A DNA stretch of 64,000 bases from Waterburya sp. (GCA_965217895.1 CBDCJV010000002.1:1440001-1504000); one strand, 5' to 3'; shown: positions 1 to 10,126, counted from the stretch's first letter. Numbers and translations: made by a program. The notes: generated by a model from the sequence alone, not told the origin.

Positions 1-834
1 TCTGCATCTGAAGTTGCCCTCGAAAAAAGCCTCAATCAACCAGAAATAAAATCATTTACTAAGAATCCCGATTTTGCCAAAGTCGATCGACCAATAGCTG
101 AACAAAAAGTTGCGGGACAATATAATAATTTCTACGAGTTTGGTGGTACAAAGAAGATTTGGCTAGACGCTCAAAAGCTGCCTACAGAAAACTGGAAAGT
201 TGAGGTTGCAGGACTTGTTAAAAATCCTCGCACCTATGACATTGATGAGCTAAAACAAAAGTTTCCCCTAGAAGAGAGGGTATACAGATTTCGCTGTGTA
301 GAGGCTTGGTCTATGGTTTTGCCTTGGATAGGATTTCCGATGAAAGCTTTATTGCAAGATGTTGAACCGACTTCAAAAGCCAAGTACGTGCGTTTTACAT
401 CTTTTTATGATCCTGAGATAACTAAAGGACCAGGATTTCATCTTGGCTCTTTACCTTGGCCATATACAGAAGGTTTAAAAGTCGAAGAAATGGCAAATGA
501 CCTTGCTTTTTTTGCCGTGGGTATTTATGGTCATGATTTGCCCAAGCAGCATGGCGCACCATTACGGATGGTTACTCCTTGGAAATATGGTTTTAAAGGT
601 GCAAAATCCATAGTCAAAATTGAATTTGTGGAGGATCAGCCAGCTACTTACTGGAATACCCTCGATCCCAATGAGTATAAGTTTGAAGCCAATGTAAATC
701 CTAGCGTGCCTCACCCTCGCTGGTCACAGGCGACAGAGAAATTTATTAGCACTGGTCCTGGTCTATCTTGGGAAATTAAGGAGACTCTTCCCTACAATGG
801 TTACGGAGAATATGTAGGCAATTTGTATACTTAG
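1..834 (+). CDS. msrP: Protein-methionine-sulfoxide reductase catalytic subunit MsrP (5'-partial; frame open from window start)
   Basis: Frame 1 reads YNNFYEFG...YRFRCVEAWSMVLPW...HGAPLRMVTPWKYGFKGAKSIVKI...ANVNPSVPHPRWSQATE, hallmark YedY/MsrP motifs. Confidence 0.93.
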   Translation, partial: SASEVALEKSLNQPEIKSFTKNPDFAKVDRPIAEQKVAGQYNNFYEFGGTKKIWLDAQKLPTENWKVEVAGLVKNPRTYDIDELKQKFPLEERVYRFRCVEAWSMVLPWIGFPMKALLQDVEPTSKAKYVRFTSFYDPEITKGPGFHLGSLPWPYTEGLKVEEMANDLAFFAVGIYGHDLPKQHGAPLRMVTPWKYGFKGAKSIVKIEFVEDQPATYWNTLDPNEYKFEANVNPSVPHPRWSQATEKFISTGPGLSWEIKETLPYNGYGEYVGNLYT

Positions 835-843
835 AAATTTTGT

Positions 844-960
844 TTATAGCAGTCGAAGCAAAAGTTAAAACGTTAAACAACTATCTCGCACAAAGCGGGG
901 TCTTGAAAAAGGCACAGAGAGATCATAAAGATGTCCTAATCTAAAGCTCGATTGCTATAA
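844..960. mobile_element. MITE-like element with TTATAGCA(G/A)TCG terminal inverted repeats
   Basis: ttatagcagtcg at 844 and cgattgctataa ending at 960; a related end (cttcgactgctata) lies near 20690-20701. Confidence 0.6.
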
Positions 961-1121
961 GTGATAATTAATTAAACTCTTGTAGCATCTGGCAATTTTT
1001 TAATCCGTTTCGCTAAAGATCCAGAAAAAGCAATTATCTACGGCTTAATGAAAAAATTAATTTCTACTTTTAGTTTAGAGTTGAGTATCTCGGCGATCGC
1101 CTTCAATAGCTTTGATAGCAA

Positions 1122-1280
1122 TTATTTCTTGGCAATAATCCAGACTGCATGAATTATTCCAGGAAAATAACCTAGCAAAGTTAAAAGAACATTAATCCAA
1201 AAGTCTTTACCTAAACCAACCTGTAAAAAGACTCCTAGCGGTGGCAAGATAATAGCGATGAGGATGCGAATTAAATCCAT
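1122..1280 (-). CDS. YqaE/Pmp3 family small membrane proteolipid (52 aa, not in the ORF track)
   Basis: Hand translation: MDLIRILIAIILPPLGVFLQVGLGKDFWINVLLTLLGYFPGIIHAVWIIAKK*. Confidence 0.93.
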   Translation of the reverse strand: MDLIRILIAIILPPLGVFLQVGLGKDFWINVLLTLLGYFPGIIHAVWIIAKK

Positions 1281-1423
1281 GTTGGTATCTCCATCAAAAT
1301 GATATTTATATCTTAACCATTAGCGGTAACTAAGTAGATAATCGAAATAAATCACTATACTTGACTTGAAGTTTGGCAGAGATATTTTACCGCTTCGTTA
1401 ATAGCTATATATTGAAAGCAAGA

Positions 1424-2665
1424 ATGAGAACATCAATTTCTACTTTATGTGTGGGATTAAGTATCAGCCTAATCGCCTCTTGGGGACAAATTGCCAATGC
1501 CAATCCCCTGCAGCCTGTGCCGTTGGATAAGCTCAAATTTGTTGGCTTAGATAGTAAATTAGGCAATACTGTTGATTCAGAAAAAAAAATTATTCATTGC
1601 TGGCAGACCAATCTTAACTGTCTTGCTAAACCCAAAACAAAGGAAAATATTGGTTCAAATCAATCTCAACGTCAGGCTTTAGTAGAGGCAGTAGATCACA
1701 GTCTTTATTATTTAAGTACTCCTAAAGCTGTTCAAAGCTATCGTCAGTATGCTAATACTACATTTAGTTTAGAGCATACAAAGCGATCGCTTTCTCGATT
1801 TAAAGAACTTTTATTAACTACCGAATCTCCCGCAGCTTTAGAAAAGGCAGTCAAGCAGGAATTTACTTTTTATCAATCTGTAGGCAACGATCGCCTTGGT
1901 AAGGTTGACTTTACAGGCTACTTTGAACCTACCTATACTGCCAGCCGAATTCGTACTGCTGAGTATCGCTACCCTCTATACCGTCAGCCTGCTAGTTTTA
2001 AGAGTTGGTCAACCCCTCATCCTACCCGCGCCCAGCTAGAGGGAAAAGACGGTTTAGGCAGCAGCAAAAGCGTTTTAAAGGGTCAAGAGCTAGTGTGGTT
2101 GAGCGATCGCCTAGAGGCTTTTTTAGTTCAGGTACAGGGATCTGCTAGGCTCAAAATGACCGATGGTACAACTATGAGCGTTGGTTACGACGGCACAACC
2201 AATTATCCCTACGTGAGTGTAGGTGGAGAATTAGTTAAAGATGGAGTGTTTGATAAGGACGAATTAAGCCTGCCCAAGCTACTAGATTATTTTACTGCTA
2301 ACCCCAGTCAGCTAGATGAATATCTACCTCGTAATAATCGCTTTGTCTTCTTTAAAGAAACCGATGGCAAACCGCCTACTGGTAGTTTAGGTGTTCCCGT
2401 TACAGGCGATCGCTCTATTGCTACAGACAAATCGATTATGCCTCCAGGAGCATTGGCTTTGATTGTTGCGCCCATTCCCGATCTAGATACGGGCAAGATT
2501 GATACTAGGGTAGTCAGTCGCTATGTACTGGATCAAGATACGGGTAGTGCGATTAAAGGTGCGGGCAGAGTCGATATTTTCTTGGGTAGTGGTGAAGTTG
2601 CCGGCAAAAGAGCAGGATTGTTAAATGGAAGCGGTAGTCTGTTTTATTTACTGCTAAAAGAATAG
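1424..2665 (+). CDS. mltA: Murein transglycosylase A (MltA/3D domain); likely start ATG 1424
   Basis: FTGYFEP, QVQGSARL, SIATD, DQDTGSAIKGAGRVDIFLG motifs; signal-peptide-like N-terminus. Confidence 0.9.
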   Translation: MRTSISTLCVGLSISLIASWGQIANANPLQPVPLDKLKFVGLDSKLGNTVDSEKKIIHCWQTNLNCLAKPKTKENIGSNQSQRQALVEAVDHSLYYLSTPKAVQSYRQYANTTFSLEHTKRSLSRFKELLLTTESPAALEKAVKQEFTFYQSVGNDRLGKVDFTGYFEPTYTASRIRTAEYRYPLYRQPASFKSWSTPHPTRAQLEGKDGLGSSKSVLKGQELVWLSDRLEAFLVQVQGSARLKMTDGTTMSVGYDGTTNYPYVSVGGELVKDGVFDKDELSLPKLLDYFTANPSQLDEYLPRNNRFVFFKETDGKPPTGSLGVPVTGDRSIATDKSIMPPGALALIVAPIPDLDTGKIDTRVVSRYVLDQDTGSAIKGAGRVDIFLGSGEVAGKRAGLLNGSGSLFYLLLKE

Positions 2666-2741
2666 GCTTTTTGTCAAGTCCACCCCTACAAGACGATAAA
2701 GATAGTTATTAATAAATAAATAGCAAGCAATTAATTAAACC

Positions 2742-3608
2742 ATGTCTATTACAAGCTACGGGGAACATCGTTTCATTAAAACTAACGGCATCCAACTACA
2801 CTATGTCAACAAAGGAGAAGGAAAGCTGATGCTGATGCTCCATGGATTTCCTGAATTTTGGTATTCGTGGCGACATCAAATTACAGAATTTGCCCAGGAC
2901 TATCATACCGTTGCCGTTGACCTGCGGGGTTACAACGATAGCGACAAACCAGAGAAATTAGAGGCTTATGAAATGTCTGAGTTGATAGAAGACGTTAAAG
3001 GCATTATCAGCGGTTTGGGCTATGAAGATTGTATTTTAGTTGCCCATGATTGGGGTGGAGCGATCGCCTGGAATTTTGCCTATGCTTATCCTGAGATGAT
3101 CGAAAAGCTAATTGTTCTTAATATTCCTCACCCAGCTAAATTCGCCTCTGGTTTGCAAACTCCTCAACAGCTACTCAAAAGCTGGTATGTTTTCTGGTTT
3201 CAAATACCTTGGCTACCAGAATTTATTTTACAGTTAAATGACTATCAGGCGATCGCTGATACATTTACTAAGATGGCGATCGATAAAACAGCCTTTAGTC
3301 TAGCAGATCTTCAGGCCTATAAAGACGCTGCTGCTAAACCTGGCGCACTCACCGCCATGATTAACTATTATCGCTGTATTTTTCAATCTTTGTTTAAAAA
3401 AGACCGCCCTCAATGGCGAGTTTTAGACGTTCCTACTTTAACCATTTGGGGCGAGAATGATACTGCATTAGGGAAAGAATTAACCTATGGCACAGAAGCC
3501 TATGTCAGAGATTGGCAGATTAAATATATTCCTAACTGTAGTCATTGGGTGCAACAAGAACAACCAGGGTTAGTTAATAGCTATATACGCGAATTTTTGA
3601 ATAGTTAA
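2742..3608 (+). CDS. Alpha/beta hydrolase, epoxide-hydrolase-like
   Basis: HGFPEFWYSWRHQ, DLRGYN, AHDWGG nucleophile elbow, SHWVQQE. Confidence 0.88.
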   Translation: MSITSYGEHRFIKTNGIQLHYVNKGEGKLMLMLHGFPEFWYSWRHQITEFAQDYHTVAVDLRGYNDSDKPEKLEAYEMSELIEDVKGIISGLGYEDCILVAHDWGGAIAWNFAYAYPEMIEKLIVLNIPHPAKFASGLQTPQQLLKSWYVFWFQIPWLPEFILQLNDYQAIADTFTKMAIDKTAFSLADLQAYKDAAAKPGALTAMINYYRCIFQSLFKKDRPQWRVLDVPTLTIWGENDTALGKELTYGTEAYVRDWQIKYIPNCSHWVQQEQPGLVNSYIREFLNS

Positions 3609-3658
3609 AGTAAAGTTTGTCTGGGGCAAACAATTGTTTGTCCTGATTTATATTTACA

Positions 3659-4432
3659 CTAGTTATCAAAGTTACCTTCCCCTAAAAATTCTCGAATTTC
3701 CTTATCTCGCAATAAACAACTATTACTGATTTGAGAACAGTTTTCAAGTTCGTTAGCTTCAGACAATACCGCTGCAACCAAAGATTTACTTTCAGATTCC
3801 GACTTTCTTAGCTGCTTTACTTGTTGTTCTAAAGATTCAATGCGATCGACTAGAGTACGTATAACTGCTGCTTCAGAATCTGGTAAATTTCCATGTTCTA
3901 GAGGATCTACCTTGACCCCAGAGCGATAGACTATTCGTCCTGGAATACCAACTACGGTGCAGTTAGAGGGAACATCTTGTAGAACTACCGAACCCGCGCC
4001 GATACGGACGTTATTGCCAACTTGAATGTTACCTAATACTTTTGCGCCACCACCCACCACGACATTTTCTCCCAAAGTAGGGTGACGTTTGCCTAATTCT
4101 TTACCTGTTCCTCCTAGAGTGACCCCTTGATAAATCAAAGAGTAATCACCAACAATCGCCGTTTCCCCAATCACAACTCCCATGCCGTGGTCAATAAAAA
4201 CTCCTTTACCAATTTGCGCCCCTGGATGAATCTCTATCCCCGTTAAAAAGCGAGCAAGATGAGAAATAAACCGAGGCAAGAAAGGAATGCCAATTTTACA
4301 TAACCAATGAGCAAAGCGATGGAAAAAAAGAGCTTGTAAACCTGGATAACATACTAAAACCTCAAGCCAATTGCGGGCTGCGGGGTCGCGTTCAAATATG
4401 ATGCGAAAGTCAGCAATTAGTGAGGCAAGCAT
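3659..4432 (-). CDS. cysE: Serine O-acetyltransferase
   Basis: [40 protein letters not shown] hexapeptide-repeat motifs. Confidence 0.95.
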   Translation of the reverse strand: MLASLIADFRIIFERDPAARNWLEVLVCYPGLQALFFHRFAHWLCKIGIPFLPRFISHLARFLTGIEIHPGAQIGKGVFIDHGMGVVIGETAIVGDYSLIYQGVTLGGTGKELGKRHPTLGENVVVGGGAKVLGNIQVGNNVRIGAGSVVLQDVPSNCTVVGIPGRIVYRSGVKVDPLEHGNLPDSEAAVIRTLVDRIESLEQQVKQLRKSESESKSLVAAVLSEANELENCSQISNSCLLRDKEIREFLGEGNFDN

Positions 4433-4575
4433 CAGGTATCGTCCTTATATTGACTAAATGTTTGATAGTAACCAGACTATTTTATCGTTTTCGAGCCATT
4501 TGTGAACTCTATAAATGGTCGTAAAAACCACCTTACAATAATGAGTAATCAGTCTACAGTCCAAAAGCCATAAAG

Positions 4576-4595
4576 TTAACCTGAGTTCGGGATAA
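4576..4595 (+). repeat. 20-bp dispersed repeat TTAACCTGAGTTCGGGATAA
   Basis: Reverse complement (1 mismatch) present at 7080-7099. Confidence 0.6.
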
Positions 4596-4645
4596 GCTAA
4601 ATCCTGTCACCAACCACAGCAGTTAGACTAAATGCGTAACGTCAG

Positions 4646-5812
4646 TTAATAGGTTCGACCACGCCATTTTGTCGGCTTTTTTAAGGAAGATAAAAATATC
4701 CGCACTACAGCAAAGGGATCGGCAAAAGGAGATAGCCAAAAGAAGAAAGACGAACCAGAATAGGAAGGTGCGATCGCCATCGACATTCCCCAGCGCATTA
4801 AAACTAAGAAAGCGTTCATGCTAAGTAAGGCAATAACAACGGGATAATTAATGCCTGAGCTTAGAAGATATAAGCTCAGAAATAGCATTGGTAAAGGTAA
4901 AGCCTGTACAAAGAAGAGAAACAACACATCACCCCATATCTGAGCATTTGAGGCCGCGTCTTTGAGGTCGAGCGATCGCCCCCATTCATTCCAGGTTTCT
5001 TTTGCACCTTCGTACATCTTGACCTTAATCACTTTTGAGCCATCAAAAAAGCCTACTTTATAACCCGCAGCAGCAATATTTCTGGCTAAGGTCACATCAT
5101 CACAAAAAGAGCCAGCAGCAGTTGTATAGCCATCTAGTTTTGCTAAAACTGAACGACGACATAAAAAACACTGTCCATTTGCCATGACTCTACTAGAGCT
5201 AGCTGCATCTACTCCAGCAGAATCAAAGCGATACAACAAAGTCATTAGTAAGGCAGGCTGTAATAACCATTCTCCCCTGTATTGCAGCACAAATTGCGGT
5301 GCTAAAGATACCATATCGTAGCCTTCAGCTTCAGCAACATTAAGCAAGCTAGGGATTAAACCAGGTTGAGGTTGAGTATCTGCATCTATGCCTAAAAACC
5401 ATTCACTGTGGCGCGAAGTGTGTAAATAGCCTGTGTGTAAAGCCCAAGGACGACCTACCCAGCCAGTCGGTAAAGGATGGTCAGTAATTAGCCGAAATCG
5501 AGGATCGTTTTTCCCTTCTGCTTTAACTAGATCCTGAGTGCCATCCTGGGAATTGCTATCAACTACAATGATTTCTCGAAGTTCATAAGTTTGGAGAGTC
5601 AAACCTTCCAAACAAGGAGTAATGCGTTCGGCTTCATTGAGCGTAGGCACAACAACGCTTACTTTACCGATTAGGTTAGAGTTAGCCAACTGAGGTAGTA
5701 AAGGCGAGCGCCTTCTGGCACCCTTGAATAAGCGAGATAATAAAATTGTCGTGCCTACTATTTGAGATAATAAAGTTACAAAGATCAATATATACAAAAG
5801 CTCAGAATCCAC
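4646..5812 (-). CDS. cruG: Carotenoid 2'-O-glycosyltransferase CruG (myxoxanthophyll synthesis), GT2
   Basis: VVVPTLNEA, GWVGRPWAL, IDADT, ANGQC, WGRSLDLKDA; directly downstream of cruF. Confidence 0.88.
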   Translation of the reverse strand: MDSELLYILIFVTLLSQIVGTTILLSRLFKGARRRSPLLPQLANSNLIGKVSVVVPTLNEAERITPCLEGLTLQTYELREIIVVDSNSQDGTQDLVKAEGKNDPRFRLITDHPLPTGWVGRPWALHTGYLHTSRHSEWFLGIDADTQPQPGLIPSLLNVAEAEGYDMVSLAPQFVLQYRGEWLLQPALLMTLLYRFDSAGVDAASSSRVMANGQCFLCRRSVLAKLDGYTTAAGSFCDDVTLARNIAAAGYKVGFFDGSKVIKVKMYEGAKETWNEWGRSLDLKDAASNAQIWGDVLFLFFVQALPLPMLFLSLYLLSSGINYPVVIALLSMNAFLVLMRWGMSMAIAPSYSGSSFFFWLSPFADPFAVVRIFLSSLKKPTKWRGRTY

Positions 5813-5840
5813 TCGTTACCTACTCGTTGACATTGGTTAT

Positions 5841-6024
5841 TGATGTTACGCATTTATCGATCTGTGAAGACTGGGTAGTAGGGTAATTGGGGTAGTGGGG
5901 TGTTTGGGGTAATGAGGTATTTGTGGTGGTGATGTGTTTGAGGTAATTACTCCTCTATCGACCCCTCCCCTACTCCTCTATACTTCTTGCTCACCACTCC
6001 ATGACCCCATGCTGCGTAATATCA
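5841..6024. mobile_element. MITE-like element with a G-rich ~17-bp-period repeat arm and a C-rich arm
   Basis: tgatgttacgca (5841-5852) and tgcgtaatatca (6013-6024) are 12-bp inverted repeats with 1 mismatch. Confidence 0.55.
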
Positions 6025-6025
6025 G

Positions 6026-6910
6026 TTAGTTATTAGTTGCTAGTGCATTGTCGGCAGAAACTGCCGAGGGGTTGGTTGCTATCCCATATAAAATCATCAG
6101 AGGCAAGATACCCAAGACAAACCCTAGTAGTACGGGTACATAAAATCCTGCGGCCAAACTCAAAACCGCGGCAAAAGTGAAATTGGCTAAGTAAATTGCC
6201 AGAGGCAACTTGAGATCGTTGTAGGGCAAAGTAAAAGGTTTTACTCTCCAAAGCAAGGTAGCCACCGTCATAAAAATAATTCCTGTACCCATCCAGCCTG
6301 CAAAGTTCTGATAGGGCATCCCAAAAAATGCCCCTGGTTGATCCCATACCCAAAAAGGAATTGGTGCTTGACTCATGGCAGGATCGAGGACAAAATCCCA
6401 GGAGGTAAGGCATAAGGCACCGCAAATAATTGCTCCCAACTGGCAGATCCAGTTTTTAATATTTAATCTGCTTAAACCAGCTAAGGCAATAATGTAAGCA
6501 CTAAAACCCAAATAAAACCAAGACAAGGGAATGGTAAACGGCACCAACCCCGCAATTTTATAGCCTAAACCGCTAAGATAACGATATTCGCCAAAAGGAA
6601 AGCCTGTACTAGTACCTAAAAGCTCGCTGCCTAATGATAAAGCGATCGCCGGAATCATAAAGCTTAACCAATGCCAGACTCCCAAAGTGCGATAAGCATA
6701 AAGAGCAACGGCAGCCGTAGCAAGCACCATATAGGCTACACCGCCACCAGCCATAGACCAGCCAAAAATTGTCAGACCCCATTCAAACTCGCCTAACTTT
6801 GCCAAAAAATCAGGATTGGGCAACACTAAAATAATTCCTGCCAAACCAAAAGCCATCGCCAAAATATGACTAACTAATAAATAATTTTCGGTACTGGATA
6901 CTCGCTTCAT
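6026..6910 (-). CDS. cruF: Gamma-carotene 1'-hydroxylase CruF
   Basis: ELLGTSTGFPFGEYRY, VPFTIPLSWF, WDFVLDPAM, FFGMPYQNFAGW; adjacent to cruG. Confidence 0.9.
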   Translation of the reverse strand: MKRVSSTENYLLVSHILAMAFGLAGIILVLPNPDFLAKLGEFEWGLTIFGWSMAGGGVAYMVLATAAVALYAYRTLGVWHWLSFMIPAIALSLGSELLGTSTGFPFGEYRYLSGLGYKIAGLVPFTIPLSWFYLGFSAYIIALAGLSRLNIKNWICQLGAIICGALCLTSWDFVLDPAMSQAPIPFWVWDQPGAFFGMPYQNFAGWMGTGIIFMTVATLLWRVKPFTLPYNDLKLPLAIYLANFTFAAVLSLAAGFYVPVLLGFVLGILPLMILYGIATNPSAVSADNALATNN

Positions 6911-7079
6911 AGGTGAAAAAATTGTTTTATAAAAATTAACTTCCTCAATTAGTCTACAAATATCTAAAAAAGAATGTAGGGTAACGACGGCAAATCATGC
7001 TTAATTAACGCTAATTTTAGGTTAAGACAATTTTTATTAAAGGGTTGATGTAGCTAAAAACATCAACCGACTAATAGTA

Positions 7080-7099
7080 TTAACCCGAACTCAGGTTAA
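7080..7099 (-). repeat. Second, inverted copy of the 20-bp dispersed repeat
   Basis: ttaacccgaactcaggttaa is the reverse complement of 4576-4595 with one mismatch. Confidence 0.6.
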
Positions 7100-7167
7100 G
7101 TACAACTTTTTTTGTTAATCTTTAGTTTTAGAGAAATTAAATTCTTTTTAATCTAAAGTTAACTTAA

Positions 7168-8469
7168 ATGAAAAACGCTGTCATATTTGAACAAAAGCTG
7201 GCTTCTGTGGCAGAAAATTCCGAAGAACCTGCATTTTTAACCAAAGATACCTTATTTTGGCTGCAAAACGGTCAAAAGCAACAGTTGGCTCTTCAAGACG
7301 TGGTGGGTGTTTCTTTAGTTGAGCAAGAACAAATAGATTTTCCCTGTATATTAGTTCATGCCTATCCTTTAGCTAAAAGACAGCCAAGAGTATTGCGTGA
7401 ATACTGTTTTGCTTGTCCAAATTTGAAAGTGCGATCGCAATGGCACAGGGCAATTATTAATACACTAAGAGGAAAGCCTGTCGATGCCATCCTTAAACCC
7501 CGACATTTACAGGTTGTTATTAACCCCAGCAGCGGTAAGAACAAAGCGACTCAGATATTTGAGCAGGTACGTCCTCTTTTTGACAAGAGCAATCTAGAAT
7601 ATACCGTTACCAAAACCCGTAGTGCAGCAGATACCAAAAACTTAGTTCACAACCTAAACTTGTCAAATACAGACGGACTAGTTATTGTCGGAGGAGACGG
7701 CACAATTCATGATGCGATCGCAGGTTTGATGAGTCGTTCAGATTGGGAAACGGCAATTAAACTGCCTTTAGGCATCATTCCTGGAGGCACGGGCAATGGC
7801 TTTTGTAAAACTCTATTGGAATTATCTCAAGAAGCTTACCATCCCTTAAACGCTGCTTTTTTAATTGCTAAAGGTAGGCAGCAAAGCTTCGATCTGGCTA
7901 CAGTCAAGCAAAATGGCAAAGAATACTATAGCTTTCTGTCTCTAGCCTGGGGTTTGATTAGCGATGCTGATATTGAGTCGGAAAAGCTGAAGTTTTTAGG
8001 ATCTCTAAGGTTTGATGTATATGCCTTGATACTGATTGATTTATTACGCACCTATAAAGGTAGATTTTCCTTTATTCCCCATCCAGAATGTAATATTCCC
8101 GCCAACAAAAATATCTCTAGCCAAGGAGAATGGCGCGTAATTGAAGCTGATTTTATTTTTCTTTGGGCAATGAATGTGCCTTGGGCAGCCGAGGATATGA
8201 ACGTTACTCCCCATGCCCAGTTAAACGACGGGGCGATGGACGTGCTAATTATGCGACAAGGAACATCCCGCCTGGAATTACTCAAAGCCTTGTTGCGCTG
8301 CGGTAAAGGTCAACATTTAAATTTACCCCATATGGAATACTACAAGGTTAGTGCTTTTCGGCTTGAGCCTTTAACTGACAAAGGTATCTTAGTAGTGGAT
8401 GGTGAAGTTGTAGACTACTCACCCATAGAAATGAAGATTGTTTCTAATTTAGCATACGTTAATTGTTGA
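7168..8469 (+). CDS. DAGK-superfamily lipid kinase, eukaryotic sphingosine-kinase-like, with ~110-aa N-terminal PH-like extension
   Basis: INPSSG, GGDGT, GLMSRSDWETAIKLPLGIIPGGTGN, SLAWGLISDADIESEKLKFLGSLRF, LRTYKGR, VDGE. Confidence 0.85.
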   Translation: MKNAVIFEQKLASVAENSEEPAFLTKDTLFWLQNGQKQQLALQDVVGVSLVEQEQIDFPCILVHAYPLAKRQPRVLREYCFACPNLKVRSQWHRAIINTLRGKPVDAILKPRHLQVVINPSSGKNKATQIFEQVRPLFDKSNLEYTVTKTRSAADTKNLVHNLNLSNTDGLVIVGGDGTIHDAIAGLMSRSDWETAIKLPLGIIPGGTGNGFCKTLLELSQEAYHPLNAAFLIAKGRQQSFDLATVKQNGKEYYSFLSLAWGLISDADIESEKLKFLGSLRFDVYALILIDLLRTYKGRFSFIPHPECNIPANKNISSQGEWRVIEADFIFLWAMNVPWAAEDMNVTPHAQLNDGAMDVLIMRQGTSRLELLKALLRCGKGQHLNLPHMEYYKVSAFRLEPLTDKGILVVDGEVVDYSPIEMKIVSNLAYVNC

Positions 8470-8487
8470 ACTACATTAAAGTTAAAA

Positions 8488-8587
8488 TAGACTTCTTGCG
8501 CAAATCGTCATTAACTACCTTACTAAGAGGTAAAAGGGGAAAGGGGAAAGGGAAAAGTATTAATCTATTATTCATGCAAGAGGTCTA
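8488..8587. mobile_element. ~100-bp MITE with TAGAC(T/C)TCTTGC inverted ends and internal GGGGAAA-type heptamers
   Basis: tagacttcttgc (8488-8499) and gcaagaggtcta (8576-8587). Confidence 0.65.
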
Positions 8588-8701
8588 ATAAAGGCGATCG
8601 CTTACAAAAATTAGAAAAACTCTTGCTCTATAAGTTGCCTTGCTACACCTGGCAAAAAAAGTATTGATTTATTAATCTGCCTCAAAAATAATGAATAACT
8701 A

Positions 8702-10126
8702 ATGAATAATTCAACTGCTCCCACTGTCATTGTCGGCGGAGGCTTCGTCGGACTCTTTACGGCTTTACATTTGAGTCATCGTCGTTACTCTGAGCCGATA
8801 GTTCTGATCGATTCTCAAGAACGCTTTGTTTTTAAACCTTTGCTGTATGAGTATCTAACGGGAGAGATGCAGGACGGACAAGTCTTGCCTCGCTACGAAG
8901 AATTATTAGCAGGTAGTAAAGTCGCTTTCATTCAAGACAAGGTTACTAATATCGATCTAGAGCAGCGTCGAGTAGGATTAGCTTCAGGATTGCATTATGA
9001 CTACCGTTATCTCGTCTTAGGGATAGGCAGTACTCAAGGTTATTTTGATACTAAGGGAGCAAAAGAAAATGCTTTTCCCTTTCGGACACAGGAAGATGCA
9101 ATTAAGTTAGAGAGACATTTAAGGGAGTGTTTACAAAGAGCTTGCCAAACCGAAGATCCTCAAGAGCGTTGGAGCTTATTAACTTTTGCCGTAGTAGGGG
9201 CAGGCCCTTCAGGGGTAGAAATGGCAGCAACCTTAGCTGACCTGTTGCCCATTTGGTATGCTAAATTGGGGGGCAATATTCAAGACATCCGTATTTTTAT
9301 AGTCAATCACGGAGCAGAAATTTTATCAGGTGATGTTAACCTTCGTCTGCAAGAAACCGCTCTCAAAGCTTTGAAAAGCCGTACTGTGCCAGTTGAATTA
9401 ATGCTGGGGGTAAAAGTCACCGCGGTAAATTCGATAGGTTTATATTATCAGGCAAAAGACCAAGACGAAGTAGAAACACTAGTAGCTAAAACTACAGTTT
9501 GGACGGCAGGTACGGCGAATAATCCTCTAATTGAATCTTTAACGCCGATCAAAGCCGAAAACAAAGATAAGCATGGTTCTCCTTTGGTAACTCCTACTTT
9601 ACAGTTACCAGATTTTCCTGAAGTATTTGCAGCAGGAGACTGTGCGATAGTTAAAGAACATCCGTTTCCTCCTGTAGCTCAAATTGCCTATCAGCAGGGC
9701 GAGGGAATTGCGCGTAATATTATGGCGATGTCTCAAGGTGAAGAACCTCATCCAGTCAATGCCACCATGCGAGGAACGCTGATGAAGTTGGGACTCGATA
9801 ACGGAGTTGCCAACCTATTTGACAAAATGCAGGTCACAGGCAAGCCAGGAGATTTGATTCGCAACGGGACTTATTTAGAAATGCTGCCTACTCCCGTGCA
9901 TAACTTCAAAACAACTACAAGTTGGCTCACTGACGAAATCTTTCATCGTCACCATTCACCAAAACCAATTGTGACCCCTAGAAAATCTCAGCTACAGCGA
10001 GCTACAGCTTGGATTGGCGGATCGATTGCCGCGATCGCCGTAATCACTGGTTCAATAGCAGTATGGCAAATAACTCAGCCTCCGTCTCAGCAACAGTTCA
10101 CTCAAAAGCAAAATATAATCAATTGA
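8702..10126 (+). CDS. Type II NAD(P)H dehydrogenase (NDH-2 family) with C-terminal transmembrane helix
   Basis: GGGFVGL and GAGPSGVEMA Rossmann motifs, FKPLLYE, WTAG, AAGDCA, PPVAQIAYQQG. Confidence 0.85.
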   Translation: MNNSTAPTVIVGGGFVGLFTALHLSHRRYSEPIVLIDSQERFVFKPLLYEYLTGEMQDGQVLPRYEELLAGSKVAFIQDKVTNIDLEQRRVGLASGLHYDYRYLVLGIGSTQGYFDTKGAKENAFPFRTQEDAIKLERHLRECLQRACQTEDPQERWSLLTFAVVGAGPSGVEMAATLADLLPIWYAKLGGNIQDIRIFIVNHGAEILSGDVNLRLQETALKALKSRTVPVELMLGVKVTAVNSIGLYYQAKDQDEVETLVAKTTVWTAGTANNPLIESLTPIKAENKDKHGSPLVTPTLQLPDFPEVFAAGDCAIVKEHPFPPVAQIAYQQGEGIARNIMAMSQGEEPHPVNATMRGTLMKLGLDNGVANLFDKMQVTGKPGDLIRNGTYLEMLPTPVHNFKTTTSWLTDEIFHRHHSPKPIVTPRKSQLQRATAWIGGSIAAIAVITGSIAVWQITQPPSQQQFTQKQNIIN

